Of a stretch of 20,000 nt of DNA, positions 16,589-20,000 are shown piece by piece. The stretch comes from an uncultured virus (IMG/VR IMGVR_UViG_3300006131_000009) (Duplodnaviria > Heunggongvirae > Uroviricota > Caudoviricetes). The position numbers and the translations under genes are program-made. The stretch lies in IMG/VR virus record IMGVR_UViG_3300006131_000009. The stretch is one strand, 5' to 3'. Positions within the stretch are counted from its first letter, which is position 1. Each line of letters begins with the position of its first letter. Under the pieces are notes generated by a model. That model was not told the origin of the DNA. It did not search any database and saw nothing but the letters and a program-made list of their open reading frames with translations.

Positions 16589-17816
16589 ATGTTTCACCTC
16601 CTTTCAAAAATGCTTCTCCTGTAGAAGTTTCAAAATTTGTTATATTTTTGACGTTAGGAGTGAAATAATTCCCAGATTTAGTATCTAAAATAACGTCGCC
16701 CAGGCTCATCGTGACAATGTCCAATCCTTTTATATACGGCATATCCTCTTGATAGCGAATTTCATTTTTGGATAACCACCCAGCTCTTACAGCTTCTGAA
16801 TACGCTGCGAACCGGCTCTGCATATCTCCTTTGAGTAACTCTTTGGTATCAAACGCCCAATAAAAAACCCCCTTCTCTTTTTCCAGAAGGAAGTCCTGAT
16901 TTAAGGCACATTGAATTGTCGTCATCAGCGGAATCGCCGCCAACTTGGCAAGATTGGCTGTATCTGCGTCTGCGGCTTTGCCGGACATCATGGCGGTCGA
17001 GACATGGAAAATCTTTGCAAACTCTTCAGCATTAGATGCCTTATTTTCGTTTAGCTGTAGCTCTGTCGGCGTATTGGAACATTCTTTGAAATCGATGCCA
17101 TTGTTTAAGACCATCATGTTATCAGATTGGTTACTGTACAAATTGGCAAACGCTCTGCGCAGTACCGTCAAAGATTCATCGTCGACTTTCTTTTCCGCCT
17201 TCAAAAAACCTTTTTTGTTTCCGCCCCGCTGTACCAAGCTCCGTTCAAACAAAAGTGACTCATAGGCCACCTCAATCAGTTTGCTATTCTCTTGGGTGAT
17301 TGGCATACCTGCAGCTCCGTCTTTTGTATTTCGGAGTATCTTCAAAAAGTCAAATGGCTTGCAGGACCGGTCCTGTACCAAAATGTCAAAATCCTTGAAA
17401 ATCGGGTCACTATTCTTCTGGATCGTGATTTGAGCCTCATCCACATAGTGAAGACTTTTTATCTTCCCTTTTTCCCGGTTAATGAACGCATAACCGCCTT
17501 TGCCGAGAAAATAATCCCTTGTGATAGCCCGCCAAAACTCATTGGCATTCAACGTATCCCCAGTCTCGTCATTTAGCAGCCGGAGCCTGGAGTCATTTTT
17601 TATCTCCTCGGTCTGCTCACCAGACTCCTTATACAGCTTGATAGGTGTACTGGCGATCACGTTAGCGATCAAATCGATGCCGGCGCTGACAGTCGGAATC
17701 TGCAGTGCCATCTCTTTTGTGACCGTGCCGCTTCCCAGCAGTGCTTTCAGCAGCGCATCATCAAATTGTATTTCACCCGTTCTTACTTCTGCTTTATTTT
17801 TTTGAAAGAGCCCCAT
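16566..17816 (-). CDS. Phage portal protein, HK97 family
   Basis: 416 aa after TerL; motifs ALQIPTV..GIDLIA..IA..PIKLY, GWLSKNEIR..EDM; SD AGGAGG upstream. Confidence 0.93.
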   Translation of the reverse strand: MGLFQKNKAEVRTGEIQFDDALLKALLGSGTVTKEMALQIPTVSAGIDLIANVIASTPIKLYKESGEQTEEIKNDSRLRLLNDETGDTLNANEFWRAITRDYFLGKGGYAFINREKGKIKSLHYVDEAQITIQKNSDPIFKDFDILVQDRSCKPFDFLKILRNTKDGAAGMPITQENSKLIEVAYESLLFERSLVQRGGNKKGFLKAEKKVDDESLTVLRRAFANLYSNQSDNMMVLNNGIDFKECSNTPTELQLNENKASNAEEFAKIFHVSTAMMSGKAADADTANLAKLAAIPLMTTIQCALNQDFLLEKEKGVFYWAFDTKELLKGDMQSRFAAYSEAVRAGWLSKNEIRYQEDMPYIKGLDIVTMSLGDVILDTKSGNYFTPNVKNITNFETSTGEAFLKGGETYENRNQS

Positions 17817-17826
17817 TTGCTTCCTC

Positions 17827-19503
17827 CTATGTTTGGACTACAAACTCATCTGCGCCGAACAGCATATCCTGCTGCAGCAGGTATACCGCATCTACTGTTG
17901 CCATCAACATATCGATTTTCCCTGTGCTTTTTTTCTTGCTTAAGTACATATTCAGATTTGTATCATACAACGCTCTTGCATTTTGAAAGTTGCCTTCATA
18001 CTGCATATCGGCATTATATTTGAAATTCCCGCCAAGGATACTGTCTCGAAGCAGCTTGATCGGCGGATGCAGGACGCTTGAATGCTGTTTGATCTCTATA
18101 CATTCAAATCCGGCAGCATCCAGTTTATTTGCTGTACTGATACAGTTATAGCGGTCGTAACCGATCTGCAGCACGTTCACGCTATACTTTTCCGGCAGCT
18201 CAACAATAAACTGTTCAATAAACTCATAGCTGACGACCTCATCGCCGCACGGAAAACAGGAGCCAGCTTGTATAAACCGTCTATAATCCGTTCTCTCCAG
18301 CTTGCTTTTGCTGTCAACTCTTTCTGCCGGTATGAATGACCATGCTTTTGCTATGATCTTATCTCCGTCTGCTGCAACCATCGCAACGGCGCAGTTATCA
18401 TTTGTCATCGCTAAATCAATCCCAACATACACATCGCGTCCCGTCCAATCGATTGCAGCATCACTGCGGCACTTTTTTACATCTTCGATTGCAATAAATG
18501 CCTCGCCGCTGTTGCTTGGCACAAAGTGATTCATATGCTTTGTAAGAAATTCTTCGCGTTCTGAAGGCTTTGCCAGAGCTTTTGCACGGCTTTCTTTTAT
18601 CTCATAATAGTTCTCCGGCACACGCAACGGATTTGCCATTTGCAGTCCTATATCATCCCACAGGTGCTCCTCCGGCGCATAATACAGCATTGCAAATAGG
18701 CGGTCATCTGCTTCTGTCTCCCCATAAATACGCCGCAGATAATCCAGCTCGTCCAACATGATGGATTTGTCTTCTGCATATGCCGTTGTCACTTTGAACA
18801 TTAGGGGATTCTTCACACTTAACTGGCCGGATTTCATGGCGGCAACATTTGAATTGTCTTTCATGGCACCGTATTCGTCAGCGACAAAAGCAGATGGTCT
18901 GATCGCATTATTTCTATTGGCCTCTGCTGTGCGCGGCTGGTAAAAGCTGTGGGTAAGCATACATTCTACCCGGCCTGATAGAGTTTTGGGGATGCGGAAA
19001 TATTCAATCAAAGCAGGACTCGCCTCAATGATCTGCCGGATGGCCTTTTTGACCTCGCCGGCCAGGTCCCGGTCCAAGCAAATGGAATAAAACTCACTGT
19101 AATTCTCTTCTGTCAACATGAGAATGATGATGACCAGCGCAACCAAAAACGTCTTTGCATTTTTTCGTGGAACAAATAGTATTCCTTCTCGGTATCGGAA
19201 TTTGTCTGAATCAGATTTGCACCGCCAGCCAAAAATGTTGGCAATAAAAAAAGCCTGGAAATCTTCCAGCGCATCGTATATCCGCTTTCCGACAACACCT
19301 ATGCCCGTTGCAAAGTTCATAATTTTCAGAAGATTCTCAACAATGCGCAATTTCTTGTGGTCAAAATAGTACGCATAAATTTCTTGATTTTGTTTATCCA
19401 GATCCTCAAGAAACCATTCACACTGCTTTTTCACTTCCAGTGTTGTGATTTCCTCACCAGAGATACATCTCTGCGCATAATCCATCGCTTTCTCATACAG
19501 CAT
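17827..19503 (-). CDS. terL: Terminase large subunit (probable start ATG 19503, 558 aa)
   Basis: Walker A-like VPRKNAKT, Walker B AFVADE, nuclease motif VYVGIDLA, YDRYN and C-terminal KIDMLMA. Start trimmed from the track's 19638 because the extension overlaps terS and GGGGTGG precedes ATG 19503. Confidence 0.95.
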   Translation of the reverse strand: MLYEKAMDYAQRCISGEEITTLEVKKQCEWFLEDLDKQNQEIYAYYFDHKKLRIVENLLKIMNFATGIGVVGKRIYDALEDFQAFFIANIFGWRCKSDSDKFRYREGILFVPRKNAKTFLVALVIIILMLTEENYSEFYSICLDRDLAGEVKKAIRQIIEASPALIEYFRIPKTLSGRVECMLTHSFYQPRTAEANRNNAIRPSAFVADEYGAMKDNSNVAAMKSGQLSVKNPLMFKVTTAYAEDKSIMLDELDYLRRIYGETEADDRLFAMLYYAPEEHLWDDIGLQMANPLRVPENYYEIKESRAKALAKPSEREEFLTKHMNHFVPSNSGEAFIAIEDVKKCRSDAAIDWTGRDVYVGIDLAMTNDNCAVAMVAADGDKIIAKAWSFIPAERVDSKSKLERTDYRRFIQAGSCFPCGDEVVSYEFIEQFIVELPEKYSVNVLQIGYDRYNCISTANKLDAAGFECIEIKQHSSVLHPPIKLLRDSILGGNFKYNADMQYEGNFQNARALYDTNLNMYLSKKKSTGKIDMLMATVDAVYLLQQDMLFGADEFVVQT

Positions 19504-19981
19504 CCGCGCCACCCCGTAACGCATCAAGTAATGGATCACTCTTAACTTCCGGCTTTTTCGGGATCGCCCGCAGTGCGCTTGCGATGGTGAAGCCGTTTTC
19601 CTTCTCAATGGCAAATCGCTTCGCCCTGTATGTCTCAATCCGGCTGTCGGCGTCCATGATCAGCTTGTACCTTTTACCGGAGTCAATGCTGTCATCATCC
19701 TGGATTGCCTCGCGCATCTCCATGTAGCGGAGAATATCGGCCTTATAGACGCAGTAGTCATTGATGACCGCCTCGTATAGTGCATCATTTTTTCCTGCAG
19801 CAGACAGCAGCTCTATCACCCGCTCGTACTCGCTATGCGCAACATTGCTCGATTTCACCTCTAACGACTCCCGAATGGGGATCCCCGTCAAGGCCGCCTT
19901 TTCTGCCGCCTTCCGGTGAGCAAGTTCTGCTTTCGTTGTATGATACTTCAAGTTTTCACTTGATTTGCTTGGCCTCGCCAT
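19493..19981 (-). CDS. terS: Terminase small subunit (P27-family-like)
   Basis: 162 aa directly upstream of and overlapping TerL; basic N-terminus MARPSKS…TKAE…R; C-terminal GFT..S..R pattern typical of cos-type small terminases. Confidence 0.8.
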   Translation of the reverse strand: MARPSKSSENLKYHTTKAELAHRKAAEKAALTGIPIRESLEVKSSNVAHSEYERVIELLSAAGKNDALYEAVINDYCVYKADILRYMEMREAIQDDDSIDSGKRYKLIMDADSRIETYRAKRFAIEKENGFTIASALRAIPKKPEVKSDPLLDALRGGADAV

Positions 19982-20000
19982 TCTTTCACCACTTTCATTT

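Larger units (their letters stand above)
2209..20000 (-). mobile_element. Siphovirus-type (HK97 head, long non-contractile tail) phage/prophage packaging, morphogenesis and lysis module; continues beyond the right edge
   Basis: Canonical co-directional gene order terS-terL-portal-protease-capsid-connectors-MTP-chaperone-TMP-Dit-Tal-tail tip-holin-endolysin, with abutting or overlapping genes. Confidence 0.95.

Noticed and set aside
19150..19175. Walker A variant RKNAKT (Ala in place of the usual Gly) as evidence of an inactive terminase
   Set aside because: Lys-Thr, Walker B and the nuclease motifs are intact; a single substitution is not enough to call loss of function.

Overview
All real genes in this window are on the minus strand. 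It contains the morphogenesis and lysis operon of an HK97-fold, long non-contractile-tail (siphovirus-type) phage or prophage. The host is probably Clostridia/Oscillospiraceae-like, inferred from the SD motifs and the SLH-like amidase tail. Gene order in the direction of transcription is: terminase small and large subunits, portal, prohead protease, major capsid, head-tail connector and adaptor, tail completion protein, HK97-gp10-like protein, major tail protein, tail assembly chaperone (with a -1 frameshift site), tape measure protein (TMP), Dit-like and Tal-like proteins, three variable tail-tip genes, holin-like genes and an amidase endolysin. The main result is that the two apparent TMP ORFs are one gene interrupted by a compact, ORF-less 302-nt group I self-splicing intron (10985-11286). 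Removing it restores the frame (…GETESL|KNLGVVMTETNL…, 1299 aa). After the endolysin come a GC-rich REP-like hairpin cluster and two genes resembling a podovirus-type adaptor and nozzle. One of these is a >527-aa ORF that the ORF track missed because it runs off the window. Smaller observations include a probable ATA start codon, a dual-start holin, an InlB-B-repeat-like domain in a tail protein, an AT-rich tail-fibre C-terminus and a possible 36-aa overlapping ORF. All product calls come from motif recognition and synteny; no database search was run.
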